A stretch of 64,000 nucleotides of DNA from Octopus vulgaris (GCA_951406725.2 OX597824.1:28458001-28522000), one strand, 5' to 3'; shown: positions 10,911-25,259, counted from the first letter of the stretch. Notes: generated by a model from the letters alone, not told the origin. Numbers and translations are program-made.

Positions 10911-13416
10911 CGTTTCAGAATAAAAATTATTAATAAGGGTTTGTCCACCAGGTTAGCGATATGTTTTCAGATTAGTAAGTATCTCCGTGCAATCCGCAGG
11001 CAAGGCTGAAGTTTACCAAGAGTCAGTTTTATAAATCCATGGCTACCTTGATAAGTCGATCATTCTACTGATTGAGTAAACAGAAACATGAGCGTAACTT
11101 TGATGGATACCAGAAACAGCTGTAGGGTTACAATTCGCATATAAAGAAACATGTAAAGCTCATCATTTATGTTTTTTTTCTTATATGGATATGTTATATT
11201 CCTCTCTAATTTGGAGATACAAATTTCACGAAGCAGAGATAGATACAACTATCTCCACTAAACACGATAGTCCAATAAATTCAAACTCTCAACGATTTCA
11301 ACGACTTTCACGAACTCTCAACGACTCCTACATCTTCACTGTCTCAACCAATACGTCACTCATTATAAGAGTTCGACTAGTCAATTCTTCCATTTCCACG
11401 GGGGTGTCAATGATTCTCGCCACAAGAAAGTTTAATATGTCTTCCGTTTAGGTACTACTTCCAACCGTTCTCCTTGTTTGCTCTTTCTTGGCGACGGAAC
11501 ATCAAAGGTGTCGTAGAGAACTTCCAGGGATACCTCGTTTCTTTTTTCAGCAATCTATTTTTTAACTTGTTTGTATATCTTTTGTTTTCGCATCTTATAC
11601 ATTATTTTCCGCATCTTATACGTCATTTTGCCTATTTATCTTGTTACTACTCCGTCTTCCAGAACCTTTTCTTCCATTTTTATATATTTTGAAAAACAGC
11701 TTGCCACCAATATTAAAATGCTCTGTCGTACTTTTAGTGTTTTTCCTTTTTTTTACTGGTAATAGCTTGTCAAAAATTGGCATTATTTTTCGAGCAAACA
11801 TTAGTTCTGCAGGCGACTTGCCTGAACAAGTTTTTATGTTTGGTGATATAATATGAACCCTCAAGAAGTGTGTCAATGCTGCATCATCGACTCGCTCGTT
11901 TCTTGATTTATTTAATGCTCATTTAAATGTATTCACGAACCGTTCTGTTTGCCCGTTTGATCTTGGGGGCTATGTGCTCAAATGCGTACATTTTGCAAAA
12001 ATATTTAAACTCATACCACGTAAACTGCGTACCTTTATCGGATATTATGTTGCCTGGGACACCGTATCTTGCAAAGAGTTCATGAAGAAATTCTAATGTC
12101 ACCGTAGAGGTTGGTTTTATACATTTACATATTTCAGGTCACTTAGTACAGCTATCTACTACGATCAGGTAATATGCGCCATTTACTGATCCAGAAAAAA
12201 TCTATCTGAAGCCTGGTCCTAGGACGGTCGGTTTTAGGCCATGGTTGGAATTCTAGCGGTGGTGATGTGGCAGCAAGAACACAACCTCTGCAGGATCTCA
12301 CCGGCTCTTCAATGTCACTGTCTATTGTAGGCCAATATACGTAACTTGTCACTAGTGATTTCATTCTCAAACTCCCTGGGTGACGAACGTGAAATTATTT
12401 TAATAAACGCTTTTGTGGTGTGGTTGGCACTACGACTCTTTGTGCATACATCAATGCACTGTCACAGAATGATAAATGGTTCGCCTTTGTGTTGCGCGTA
12501 TTTTTATTTCCTTTAGCCGTCAGTGTTTCTTTCATTTTTATAATGAATTTATCTTTGTCAAATTTTCTTCTTATGTCTGGTAACGTAACTGACAGTTCAC
12601 GAATGACGTTACACAAAACATTTTAAATTGCATTTTCCGCTCGCAAAGCGGCAATTACACTATGTTCGAATTATCCCGCAATTTTTGAAATCAATTTCTT
12701 GGTTGGTATATACTCCATCTTTAAATTGTAGTGTAATAATATCGTAGCCAAGCGTTTTGACCTATTAACAGTATAGGCAGGAAATCCCTTTTTTGACCCA
12801 AATATAGATAAAAACGGTCAATGATTAATTTGTTGACGAAAATTTGTACCATGCAAAATTCTGAAATTTTTTCACGGAAAAAAAATTATCGCTAGAACTT
12901 CATTTTCGATTTCACTATAATTTTTCTCTGGTGATATCAGAGAACGTGAGGCATGAACCACTACTTTCATATTACCATCTTTATTATTTATGTCGCATTT
13001 CTGATCCTGTGCCGTACTCAGAAGCGTCTGAAGCTATAACAATCTCCGCTGCAGGATCGAAGTGAGCTAACAACAAATCAGATAGTAATATTTAAAAAAA
13101 AAATTTTGAAACTATTTTTGGCAATTTTCAAACCAATTCTATTTCATACCTTTTGTCAGCAAATTATTCAGTGAAGCCCTAACTTCATGCATATTTCGGA
13201 TATAATTTTGGTAATGATATGCCAGTCCTAAAAATACTGGTAAAATCGCTCTATTAGTCAGAGAAAGGATATAGTTAGCTAAGACTGCCCTCGACGGTCG
13301 TCATCGAACTCTCAACGATTCCTACTACTTCCCTGTCTCAACCAGTACGCTACTCTTTATAAGAGTTCGGGTAGTCCATTCTTCCAAACCCACAGGGGCG
13401 TTAATGATTCTCGCCA
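10911..13416 (-). mobile_element. Decayed, internally deleted Ty3/Gypsy LTR retrotransposon
   Basis: pol remnant flanked by LTR-like direct repeats at 11311-11424 and 13305-13416; left boundary uncertain. Confidence 0.75.
11495..13250 (-). pseudogene. Gypsy pol pseudogene (end of RT, RNase H, integrase)
   Basis: LAHFDPAAEIVIASDASEYG (RNase H); RMKSLVTSYVYWPTIDSDIE..CRGC (Zn-binding); LFARYGVPGNIISDKGTQF, SNGQTERFV and SPAELMFARK (integrase core); stops and frameshifts. Confidence 0.9.
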
Positions 13417-13611
13417 AAACTGATCGTTACTAAGTTACGGGCACGTAAACAGAACGTCACCAGTTGTCAAACGGTGGGTGATCAAACACAGACACACACA
13501 AAAAGATATATAGCTTTGGACGGCCCAATACTTTAGTAGAAGAAACTAGCTCTACGGTGTCACGCATGTGAACTAAACATATATATATATAACATACATA
13601 TATACACATGA

Positions 13612-13644
<33 letters not shown>

Positions 13645-14344
13645 CACACCTACAGAAAATAAAAGAATTTGCGAACGCAAATTTACAAAATAGAGTAAAT
13701 ACCCTTTAGAGGAGAATACGGTGAAAGCCTCCACAAATAATCGAACCATGCACTTCTCAAATTCCGGCTGACTGCTCTAAACATTAAGGTAAGAGACCTC
13801 TGAAGACGAATTCGTCTAATTATAATGCTAAATAATAGTCTTTTTAATGTGAGATCATTTTAGTGACACACAGAGGAGTGTGTGTGTGTGAGTGTGTGTG
13901 TGTGTGTGTGTGTGTATGATAAAGATGGACGCATGTGTGTGTGTGTGTGTGTGTATGATTAAGATGGACGCATGTGTGTGTGTGTGTCGATTTATAGAAA
14001 GGAAGGCTACAGCAGCTACATAAAAACTAAAAGTTAATTCTTGTGTAAAATATTCCGAGGAAGACAATGGAAGTGGTACCGAGCCTCTAGGTACCCACTA
14101 AGGGAGCTACTGGCCCTTTTCCAAAATGTTGCACATAGTGCAGTACTCACAAAAGTAGGTCCTATCTAAGGGAGATAAGATATATGCAAACACAATCATG
14201 CACACACGAATAGAAGAACATGCAGAACACATACATACGTATACTCTTGCATTCATACAAATACGCATGCACACATGTATATACATACATGCATACATAC
14301 ATATATGCATACATGCATACATAGATACATAGATATATGCATAC

Positions 14345-14562
14345 ATATCGCCATGTTGATTCGCTAGCTTCTGCACGCCTTTTTTTTTCTCTCCTTGTTT
14401 CTCTCCGTGTTTCTTTTCTGTGTATCTTTCTGTTGAAGAGCGTAGGCTCGAAACGTGAAAGACTTGTTTTATTTATATTCCTGAGCGCCATACTAATACA
14501 ACTGTTTGTTTATATTCCACCTGCCTTCGTCTTTTGTTTATTTTCATAAAGCTTCCCGTTGT
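14345..14562 (+). mobile_element. Second copy of the hammerhead-like repeat
   Basis: Reverse complement of 7222-7437; CTGTTGA..GAAA at 14430-14453. Confidence 0.6.
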
Positions 14563-15153
14563 GTATATGTGTATACACATGCACGCTGACGCACACACAT
14601 GCGCCCAAACAAACAAAGAAACAAACTAAAAGAAACGCAGCTCCGATAATGGACTGCAAGAAACAGCGACATTTTTAGAAGAAAATAAATATATGAGTGG
14701 AATCGAATCGGTGATGTTAATAAATTATCAAATAAGGATGACTCTCCCAAGGCACAACAAAACGAAACGGAAGATCATTCGTGGTCTATTTTCCAAGTTT
14801 TAAGATATTTGATCTGCAATTGCCTCCTTCATTGTTCCATATGTAAGAGGAAGTAAGCTACTCACAGAGATAGATTGTTGCTAAATATTCATTTGAAATT
14901 TGTGTGTGCACTTTAATAGCATTATTATATTCTGTTCGTTTTATGTTTATATATTCGAACTACCAGGCTGTTCGTCTTAGAAAAGGCTATTCGTATTTTT
15001 GTTTGTTGTAACATTTAAGTTCAATAAATAAGTTAACAGCCAGTTGTTATATATGTTTAATACAATCTAAGTGAATAATTTTCAATATTCATAGTACGAC
15101 TTTCGCAGCTTTTTTCAACCCCGTCCAATTACAGGTGTTTCTTCTACTATGTA

Positions 15154-15216
<63 letters not shown>

Positions 15217-15224
15217 ATATATGA

Positions 15225-15257
<33 letters not shown>

Positions 15258-15360
15258 TAATACCATTACGGAACAATGCAGTATATATACATATGTATGT
15301 ATCTATGAATGTATATGTGTGTATTTATAAATATCCCGATGAAGGATATAGAGAATAATA

Positions 15361-15618
15361 CAAGTAACGTGCAAGTGGCTGAGAACTCCACAGACACGAG
15401 TACTCTTTACGGAGTTCTCTGGGAGATTCAGCGTGAAACAGAGTGTGACAAAGCTTGCACTTTAAAATGCAGGCACTACTCATTTTCTTTGCATTTGTGG
15501 ACTGGAGCCTCGTGAAATAAAGTGTCTTACTCAAGGAGACAATGCGTCGCCGGAAATTGAACCCACGAACTTACCATCGTGAGTGGAATACGCTAACAGC
15601 TATGTCACGTGCATTCAC
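15361..15618 (-). mobile_element. SINE family C'
   Basis: Similar to 1588-1908. Confidence 0.75.
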
Positions 15619-15635
15619 TATATATATATAGTGAT

Positions 15636-15745
15636 TAATCAGCCGAAATTGCTAAGATGATCTGGTTCTTGACTGATGACTGAGGGCTTCGAATGTCCCG
15701 TCCTGTGGTTCTTGTGTCGTCTCTGTGGTGTTTCATGTTCTTGTC
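15636..15745 (+). repeat. Dispersed repeat fragment; inverted relative of ~37130-37217
   Basis: aatcagccgaaattgc.aagat.atctggt.cttgactg shared by both loci. Confidence 0.6.
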
Positions 15746-15772
15746 CATGTCTGTAATTATTTTTACTGTTTA

Positions 15773-15807
<35 letters not shown>

Positions 15808-16029
15808 TTATTGCTTACATGGGGCTAAACATTGAGGGGACAAACAAGGACAGACAAAGAGATTAAGTCGATTACATCGACCCCAGTGCGTAACTGATAC
15901 ATATTTAATCGACCCCGAAAGGATGAAAGGCAAAGTCGACCTCGGCGGAATTTGAACTACGAACGTAGCGACAGGCGAAATACTGCTAAGCCTTTCGCCC
16001 GGCGTGCTAACGTTCCTGCCAGCTGGCCG

Positions 16030-16032
<3 letters not shown>
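15808..16032 (-). mobile_element. SINE family B
   Basis: Matches 10545-10774. Confidence 0.85.
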
Positions 16033-16096
<64 letters not shown>

Positions 16097-17210
16097 TTGC
16101 ATGCGTGTAAGTAAGTAAGTATGTATGTATGTATGTATGTATGTATGTATGTATGTATGTAGAAAATATGTTTTAGCTATGAAGTGTGTTCTTTTCTGCT
16201 GCAGCAAGTAAAATTTATCATATGTTCTTGTTAATTTGTTGATGTTGTCGATAAAGGGCCGCAAGATGATCCCTAATCAAGGAGATCTGTAATCAGAGGT
16301 TGTTGCAGCCTGTATTTTCATATATCAATAATTGTTTCCTTCACTTGTTAATGAAAATAAAGTGTGATTTGCAGAAACTTCGCGTGCCATTTGTTGTAGA
16401 AATGAAGAACCGCGTCGTACCTCCCATGCAGGTATAACTTTTTATCGTATTTAAAGAAAATTATATTATTGATATGTTCTGATTTTACTGAAGATATTCA
16501 ATCAGTTTCGCAACGTTGATGAAGTCAGAAATGTCCGCCATTTTAATTCACTGTCTTCGTTTATTTATTTATTTATTTATTATTTCACATTCATACTTTT
16601 CCATTGTATTCATGTTTATTTTCTTTACTTTAAAACCTTATTTTCTTGTTTATATTTTACTCACTTCCTCGTATCACGTTCTTTAATTATTGTGTCACCT
16701 CTCAAAATAACACAGTATTGAAGAGAAGAAAAAAAAGACAAGCAAGAAAATAATAATAATAACTATGTAAGCGAGGCCAAGCTAACAGCCATTATCCAAC
16801 ATCAGCTGAGAAAATCGCTGAGAAAGCATTAAAAGATTCTTGCTCTGTTTAATAACCATTTTGACATTTTAATCAGTACTGTTAATGCTTAAGTGGAAAA
16901 CATACTAAAGTGCTTAGGCACTAGTGCAACAAGATTGATCGTTCTCTCTGTTGATTATTCACCATCAAATCACGCAATTACAAATATGATTAGATCGGAA
17001 TAACACCTCAGCTTACATGTCATAAAAGAAAAAAAAATGAGCGGAAACGTATGCGTTGCATGCTTTGCTTGTTTGCTTGTTTGCGTGTATGTGTTTTTGT
17101 GCATGTGTGTGTCTGCGCCTGTGTGCGTACGTGTGTGTTGCGTGTGTATTTGTGTGTATGCGTGCGTAGACGGAGAAAGGGAAGAAACATGAAATATGAG
17201 CAGTTCTACA

Positions 17211-17277
<67 letters not shown>

Positions 17278-17282
17278 ATATA

Positions 17283-17997
17283 TATCTTGCTTACAAAGCA
17301 CGCGATTCTGGGTTCGGTCCCAATGAATCGCACTTTGAGTAAGGATCTTTAACTGTAACCTCGGGCTAACCAAAGCCTTGTGAGTGAATTTGATAGACGG
17401 AGACTGAAAAAGTAGTTGTATATATATATATATATATATAAATATATACAACAATATTAAGGAATGGCCCTGATAGGCCATTCGACTGACTAGAAAGGAC
17501 AGCCAAACTCAAACCGCTGAATAGTTGTAATTCTGAAATTGGAAGAGAAATAAAAATATTTACCCTTTTCATCTCTGGACTATGCATAGTTTCGACAATC
17601 TTTGGTAGCGCTGGATTTTGAAAATTTAGAGCATATAGGCTTGAGGCTCCCTTGCTGTAGCCTCGTGGACATATTCTCGTCCTAGGCTTCTCTGCTGATG
17701 AGACACGCCAGTTGTAAGCAAATTTAATTTAATTTAATTAATCTGTTTACCAAAGTTTATCAAAACTCTGCATAGTCCAGAGATGAAAAGGGTAAATGTT
17801 TTTATTTCTCTTCCAATTTCAGAATTACAACTATTTAGCGGTTTGAGTTTGGCTGCTCTTTCTAGTGAGTCGAATGGCCTATCAGGGCCATTCCTTAATA
17901 TTGTTGAATGTAAACTATATAGTTTTTGACTATCTTTTCTTTCTCACTAGGCCGCGGAGAATTTTTTCTAGATTTTTTCTTGCTACCCTTATATTTA

Positions 17998-18074
<77 letters not shown>

Positions 18075-18325
18075 ATATATATGTGCGTATGTGTGTATGT
18101 CTATGTTTGTGTATATTTCTTCGTGTGTGTGTGCGTTTGTCCCCCCCATATCGCTTTACAGCCGAACCTGGTGCTTGTATGTCCCCATAACATAGCGGTT
18201 GGGCAAAATATACCAATATAATAAGTATTAGGCTTACAAAGAATAAGTCCTGGGGTCGATTTGCTCAACTAAAGACGGTGCTCCAACATGACTGCATTCA
18301 AATGACTGAAACAGCTAAAAGAATT
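17283..18325 (+). mobile_element. SINE family A split by a MITE inserted in its central microsatellite
   Basis: 5' half at 17283-17420 and 3' half at ~18110-18325. Confidence 0.7.
17449..17906. mobile_element. MITE / non-autonomous DNA transposon with ~159-bp terminal inverted repeats
   Basis: 17449-17607 is the reverse complement of 17748-17906; ends caacaatattaaggaatggccctgataggcc. Confidence 0.85.
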
Positions 18326-18455
18326 ATAATATATATATATATATATTCTGCTATATGTCTCAGGTAGTGGCCATGCTTTGGCAACGCCAGTACACATGCA
18401 TACACATATATATATATATATGTATATGCATGTACGGGTGCACATGTATATATAT

Positions 18456-18503
<48 letters not shown>

Positions 18504-19224
18504 CTTGGAAGAGGATGCGTGGCGTTCAATCATATAATATTATAAATAAAATATATATATGTGCATATATGCATACGTATATGTACATACTTACATCTAT
18601 ACGTATATATATATATATATATATATATATTTTATATATATGCATATGTAGGATCAAGACATCAGGAATTGTGTACAATAAAAAAGAACGAAGTACGAGT
18701 ACATGGAATACGAACTATTCTTTTGAACAACGAAAGCCACAAATGGAATACAAAACAAACAACATAAAGAACGACCTTTCATCAGTTGTTGGATGTTTTT
18801 ACAGTCTCGTATTTGGAGCATTTAACAACAATATACGCTTTCGATAAAACAGTTGCTCCCCCATAGCAAATTAAATAAAATTTCGGAGGATCAAATTACG
18901 TAACACATAACATGACAGTGAAAACAAACAAGAAGTGCTGCTACGCTTAAACGAGGTTGTGGTGGCGAACACGTAAATCAAGCTAGGATACGAGACAAAC
19001 AAGAACACGTCTTCCTTCTTCCAGCTACAACGGAGAGAATGAAAGATGGCCGATGGTCACGTGGGAGCCATGTGAGCAAGGGAGAAGTAGTACGGGAGAG
19101 AGAGAGTGACAGAGAAATAAGATAGAATAATGGAGGTAAAAGAATAAGAGGGATGTGTATATGTATGTATATGTATATATATATATATATATATGGTCCG
19201 AATCTAGTGAAGGCTGTAAACTCT

Positions 19225-19900
19225 TCGGCAGTATCATTACTTAGATACTCAGCACCTTTGTAGATTGGACAAAAACTAGATTAGCAAAGCTAGACAGAAG
19301 AACAAGGAAGGGATTCAATATGAATGGAGAACTCCACGCAAGGACAGGGGTAGCAAGGTTATACATACCTAGAAAGGAAGGAGGAAAAGGGTTAATATCA
19401 GTAGAATATAGATTTCTATGTAGGTAATAGTGAAGAAAGTTTATTAAAAGTGTTAGAGTCCGGGAAGACATAGGGAAACCAAAAACCCAAAAGAAGTAAA
19501 AAAAACAACAGAAAAAACAGAAATAACCTGATTGGCAGGAGAAAGCGTTGCATGGTAGATTGCCAACGATAATTGCAGCAAACAGTAGTAGTGAGACATT
19601 GGATAAGGTTGCAGAAAGGAGAGCTAAAAAGGGTGACAGAGAGTTTGTTAGTAGCTGCACAAGATCAAGTATTAAGAACTAATTGCATGTAATAATAGCT
19701 AGAAAGCCTGAGTTAGCAGCATTATGTAAAAAGAAATGATAATTGACTTTACGCTCAAAAAGGATGAAAAAATGAATATGAGAGGTATAGTAAAAAATAG
19801 CAAATTACCTGGCCCTAGTTATTCAATTAAAGAGATTATGGAAAGTGCAGGTAAAATGTATCCCAGTAGTTATAGATATATTGGGAACTATACCTAAACT
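19225..19900 (+). pseudogene. R4/Dong-like non-LTR retrotransposon ORF fragment (RT C-terminus to restriction-like endonuclease end)
   Basis: LDRRTRK..MNGELHARTGVARLYIPRKEGGKGLISVE; WQEKALHG; KGELKRVTESLLVAAQDQVLRT; LKRLWKVQVKCIPVVIDILGTIPK. Confidence 0.8.
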
Positions 19901-19984
19901 ATACCTAAAGATTCAAACAGATGGTCGTCAAATGTGGAGCTAGAATAGCGAGCTGGGTGAAAAGGCAAAATGCAGAAATTTTCG

Positions 19985-20760
19985 GAAAACCGAAAAAGCT
20001 ATTGAATATGTACAGAGTCCATCATTCGAAAGCTGATATGAACCGTTTGTACATGAAGAGAGTCAAGAATGGAAAAGGCTTATCCAATGTGGAAAAGTGT
20101 GTGAAAATGGAACGAAACAGCTCTCTTGATTACTAGCTGAACAACATAGAAAAGTCACTGAAGGTAGTGAACAAAAAAACAGGTTATCAAGGCTGGGAAA
20201 TAACCAAAGGATAAAAATGAAATTCAAAGAGGACATATTAAAAACAATGAAGAAAAACACTTTCATGGTTAGTTTTGGAAAGTCATTGAGAATCCATACT
20301 CTTTACTCTTTACTCTTTTACTTGTTTCAGTCATTTTACTGCGGCCATGCTGGAGCACCGCCTTTAATCGAGCAACTCGACACCAGGACTTATTCTTTGT
20401 AAGCCCAGTACTTATTCTATCGGTCTCTTTGCCGAACCGCTAAGTGACGGGGACGTAAACACACCAGCATCGGTTGTCAAGCAATGCTAGGGGGACAAAC
20501 ACAGACACACAAACATACACACGCATACATATATATATATATATATACATATATACGACGGGCTTCTTTCAGTTTCCGTCTACCAAATCCACTCACAAGG
20601 CATTGGTCGGCCCGAGGCTATAGCAGAAGACACTTGCCCAAGATGCCACGCAGTGGGACTGAACCCGGAACCATGTGGTTGGTAAGCAAGCTACTTACCA
20701 CACAGCCACTCCTGGAACAAAATATTGAGACTGATTGAAAAAGGGGCAATTGAAAAAAAG
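19985..20760 (+). pseudogene. Second R4-like fragment, interrupted by SINE A
   Basis: KLLNMYRVHHSKADMNRLYMKRVKNGKGLSNVE..EEKHFHG, resuming after the SINE as LKKGQLKK. Confidence 0.65.
20297..20714 (-). mobile_element. SINE family A, near full length
   Basis: A box tggctgtgtgg, B box ggttcagtccc, gagtaaa tail repeats. Confidence 0.9.
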
Positions 20761-20909
20761 GCCAAACATTGCAAACATATGGGGAACGTCTAAGTATCGA
20801 ACTTATTTGTGGTTGTTCATTTGATTTTCAATGCTGGAAAGAGATATATAGAAAATATTCCTATGCAAATAGATTCATTGAACATTTCAATAACATTAGT
20901 TTCATATAC

Positions 20910-21260
20910 ACTCTCTACTCTTTACTTTTTTACTTGTTTCAATCATTTGATTGTGGCCATGCTGGAGCACCACCAGCATGGCCTCAATCGACCCCAGGAC
21001 TTATTCTTTGTAAGCCTAGTACTCATTCTATCGGTCTCTTCTGCCGAACCGCTAAGTTACGGGGACGTAAACACACCAGCATCGGTTGTCAAGCGATGTT
21101 GAGGGGAAAACAGACACACAAACATACATACACACACAATGCTTTGGTCGGCCCGAGGCTATAGTAGAAGACACTTGCCCAAGGTGCCACACAGTGGGAC
21201 TGAACCCGCAACCATGTGGTTGGTAAGCAAGCTACTTACCACACAGCCATTACTCCGCCT
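20910..21260 (-). mobile_element. SINE family A with internal deletion
   Basis: Similarity to 20297-20714. Confidence 0.85.
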
Positions 21261-22920
21261 ACAATACATACATATATATATATATATACAGAGAGAGAGA
21301 GAGAAACAGACAGAGACAAAGAAAGATTTCTGTGTATTTGCATATTTGTACATCTGTGTGTGCCTTTGTGTTTTTCTCCCACCTCTGTTTGACAACCGGT
21401 GTGGTTACTTCACGTCTGCATAAGTTGGCGGTTCGGCAAAAGCCACCGCTAGAATAAGTACAAATATATTCGGGTATCAGTCTCTTCAAATGAATTCTTT
21501 TATGCGTAAAAGACAGGCTCCGATAGAGTAAAAGACGGGCTAAGACAAATTCTTAACGACGATGATGACATAAAGCTTACAAACACAAAGGTAAGAAACC
21601 TCGCTTAATCTGAAGATGGCAAACACATTTATGATTAATTACATCCAGAAATAAACCATAACTAATGATATCATAATTGGATTTCTGTTCAGTTACCTGT
21701 TATATCTAATATATCCAACAGCTGCTTCGCTTCTCAATTACGGATTAATACAAGCCGCAAATCACGCCAGCACGCACGCACTCATAGAACCATATCCATG
21801 CACACATGCACACACCTATTTATACATACATATACATAGCTAAGAACACAGTTAATTATCAAATGAGCTGGTATTTACTGTAGTAATGTAATTTCGTATG
21901 TTTTGTTTATATAACTCCGTTAAATATAATTATTATGTTAAGCCGTAAATCATTGATATTTCTGTTGTTTCCCGACGTGCTCATATTAATCCCAAGTAGT
22001 ATGTCCTTAATCGCCTTTACTTATAATGTAATATATCTGTTAAAAATTTGTTATATGTACAGTATGCGACGAAATCTGAAACGATTATTTACATGTTCAG
22101 TTTTAACCCGTCTTAGGCAAAATATACTCATCGCTATTGTGTTTGACATAGGAGAAAACATCTCTTTAATACAGCATCCTGCTCAGCATACTCGGATCTT
22201 AGCACGGAGCATTGTGGGACATGATTGTTTTGACAAGCTGAAGGAACCAAATCTTTGATCCTAAATCAAGCTGGTTGCTGTTATACTTTCAGCGAAAAAA
22301 TAATTTGCTCTTCGCTGCTTATATCTGCCAGCCGATAAAGTATCGTATACAGAGAGGCCTATTTATTCTTAACTCGCTTAGGCATTCTGGAACACCTGTG
22401 TTTAGATATGTTGCTTCACTATCAGCCTAGACATGTTAACTATAAATAAGACTCCACAATACTTCATTCGCACACAGGGAGGCATTTTGATATCTTTAAA
22501 ATCTCAACAAATAATTGAAACACTCATATACCATTAAATTACAAACCTATCCAAAAGACTGCAATTTACGGTTGTGTGAATCCATCGTAAACTGTACTTC
22601 TCTATGTACTTCTATATTTCTCTTGATTTCATATTTATCCTTCTATCCCTAAAAAAAACACTAAAATGTCATATTATGGACTAAACTGAGTAACGGATTA
22701 AAACTATTGCCCAAGATCAGGAATCTTATGAAAAACTCACATGGGTTCTAATGACCATATTTCCCTTAGAAAATTAGTAGAATCTAGTTATTAGTAGAAC
22801 ATACTTAGCGAAAATATCGCTTATTAGAATCGAATGCGATACTACGTAATCAATAACTCGAAATAATTATCCATGGAAGCACGTTGGCATCAAAAATGCC
22901 AATCTGGCTATCAATATTAA

Positions 22921-23825
22921 ATTTCCAATTTTGGCGCAAGGCCAGCAATTTTGGGGAGAGGGCAAGTCGATTGCATCGACTCTATTACTTAACTGGTACT
23001 TATTTTATTGACCCCGAAAGGATGAAGGGCAAAGTCGACTCCGGCGGAATTTGAACTCAACTTAAAGACGGATGAAATGTCGCTAAGCACTTCGCCCAGC
23101 GTGCTAACGATTCTGCCAAATCGCTGCCTCATCAAATTGGATATCAATATTGCGCGTCTCCAAGACTACGAGATGGCAGAACCGTCACTATGCTGGACAA
23201 AGTGCTTAGCGCATATTTTCTCTGTCTTTATGTTCTGAGTTCAAACTCCGCAGAGGCCGACTTAGCCGTTCATCTTTCGGGGGCGGTAAGATAAGTACTA
23301 GTTGAAATGTGAAGTCTATGAAATTGACTTACATTCTTTGAAACTTGCTGGCATTGTGCCAAAATTTGGAACCAATATTCAATGTTTGCAAAGCGGTAAG
23401 CTGGCAGAATCGTTAACACGCCGGGCATAATGCTTAGCAGCATTTCACCCGTTTCTTCGCTGTGTTCAGTTTGCGCCGAGGTAGACTTTGCCTGTCGACA
23501 TTTCGGGATCAATAAATTGAATGCCAGTGCAGCACTGGAGTCGTTGTATCCGAACTAGATCCTCTATCAAAGTTGCTGGTATTGTGCCAAAATTTGAAAT
23601 CAATTTTAAATGTTTGTTTGAATTGGCGAGCTGACAGAATTCTTAACTGATCGTATTCATTTCCTTGAGCTACAAACTTCGCCGAATTTGACCATATCTT
23701 TCACCATTCATGCTCGATAGAATAAAATACCAGTCAAGTACTGAGACCGGTGTAATCGACTACCTCGTCCCTCCCCCACCCCGATTAACCCGCAAAATTG
23801 CTGGACCTGTACCAAAATTAGAAGG
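22921..23825. mobile_element. Cluster of four SINE B copies with an alternative tail (one minus, then three plus)
   Basis: Each ends ..ttgctgg...tgt.ccaaaatt; first copy flanked by tatcaatatt (22909-22918 and 23142-23151). Confidence 0.75.
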
Positions 23826-23871
23826 AATATAGAATCTTTATATTTGTGCATAAATGTGTAAATGTTTGTAT

Positions 23872-24262
23872 TCTTTTATTCTTTTATTTATTTCAGTCAT
23901 TTGACTGCGGCCATGCTGGAGCACCGCCTTTTAGACAAACAAATCGATCCCAGACCTTATTCTTTGTAAGCCTAATACTTATTCCAACGGACTCTTTAGC
24001 CGAACTGCTAATTTACGTAGAGGGGGATAAACATAGACACATATACATACATACATACATACATACACACACACAAGCACAAATATATATATATATATGA
24101 CGGGCTTCTTTCAGTTTCCGTCTACAAAATCCACTCACAAGGCTTTGGTCGGCCGAGGCTATAGCAGAAAACGACACTTGCCCAATGTGCCATGCAGTGA
24201 GACTGAACCCGGAATCATGTGGTTGGTAAGCAAGCTACTTACCACACTGCCACACCTTCGCC
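23872..24262 (-). mobile_element. SINE family A
   Basis: Family similarity. Confidence 0.85.
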
Positions 24263-24765
24263 CATATACATATATATATATATATTATGCCCGCGTGTGT
24301 CTATGTATGTTCTTATCAATGTATGTGTGTGTCCGCGTAGGCATGTTTACATACGAGCGAGTTTCTGTGCGTTCATGTATGTGTATATATCTGCATGTGT
24401 GTACATTTAGAATCGATCGAAGATCTAATTTATGTAATCACAATACTCTGAAACTCGTTTCTCTTGTATGTCAGACAACTCTACTGTTCATTTGATAGCA
24501 GCCATAACTAACTGATCATAACGACGACGACTGCTACGAAGATTTCAAACACCAGACCGTATTCCCACAGGTGAATAGCATTTAATGATGGTAATAGGTA
24601 AAGGAATTTAATCCTGCCATCCTTTGTCAAACCAAATAGTTTTTGAAACACGTCCATTCAATAATAACTCGCCCGGAGGTTATCAACTTTCACCCCAACA
24701 CTTTTACATCAATAACCATTTAATTATTTATAGTATATGTATGTGTGTGTATGTGTGTGTATGTC

Positions 24766-24797
<32 letters not shown>

Positions 24798-24925
24798 TGT
24801 GTGTTTGTGTGTATGTGTGCGTCTGCACGCGTGTGCGAGTATTTGTGTATTTCTGTGCGTTTAGTAGCTTGGTAGCTTGAATGTACGCATGTATGATAGG
24901 TATGCTACATGTGTGTGGGTTTCTC

Positions 24926-25000
<75 letters not shown>

Positions 25001-25067
25001 CTGAGTATTTATCTACAGATCTGTGTAACAATGAATTAAAAACACACATACACATTCATATACACGC

Positions 25068-25147
<80 letters not shown>

Positions 25148-25259
25148 ACATACAGGTAGACAGGCGGACGAACAGACGGACGGACGGACATGCAGACAAA
25201 CATACAGAAAGTTATATAGATAGATAGGTAGAGAGATAGATAGATAGACATATAGAAAG

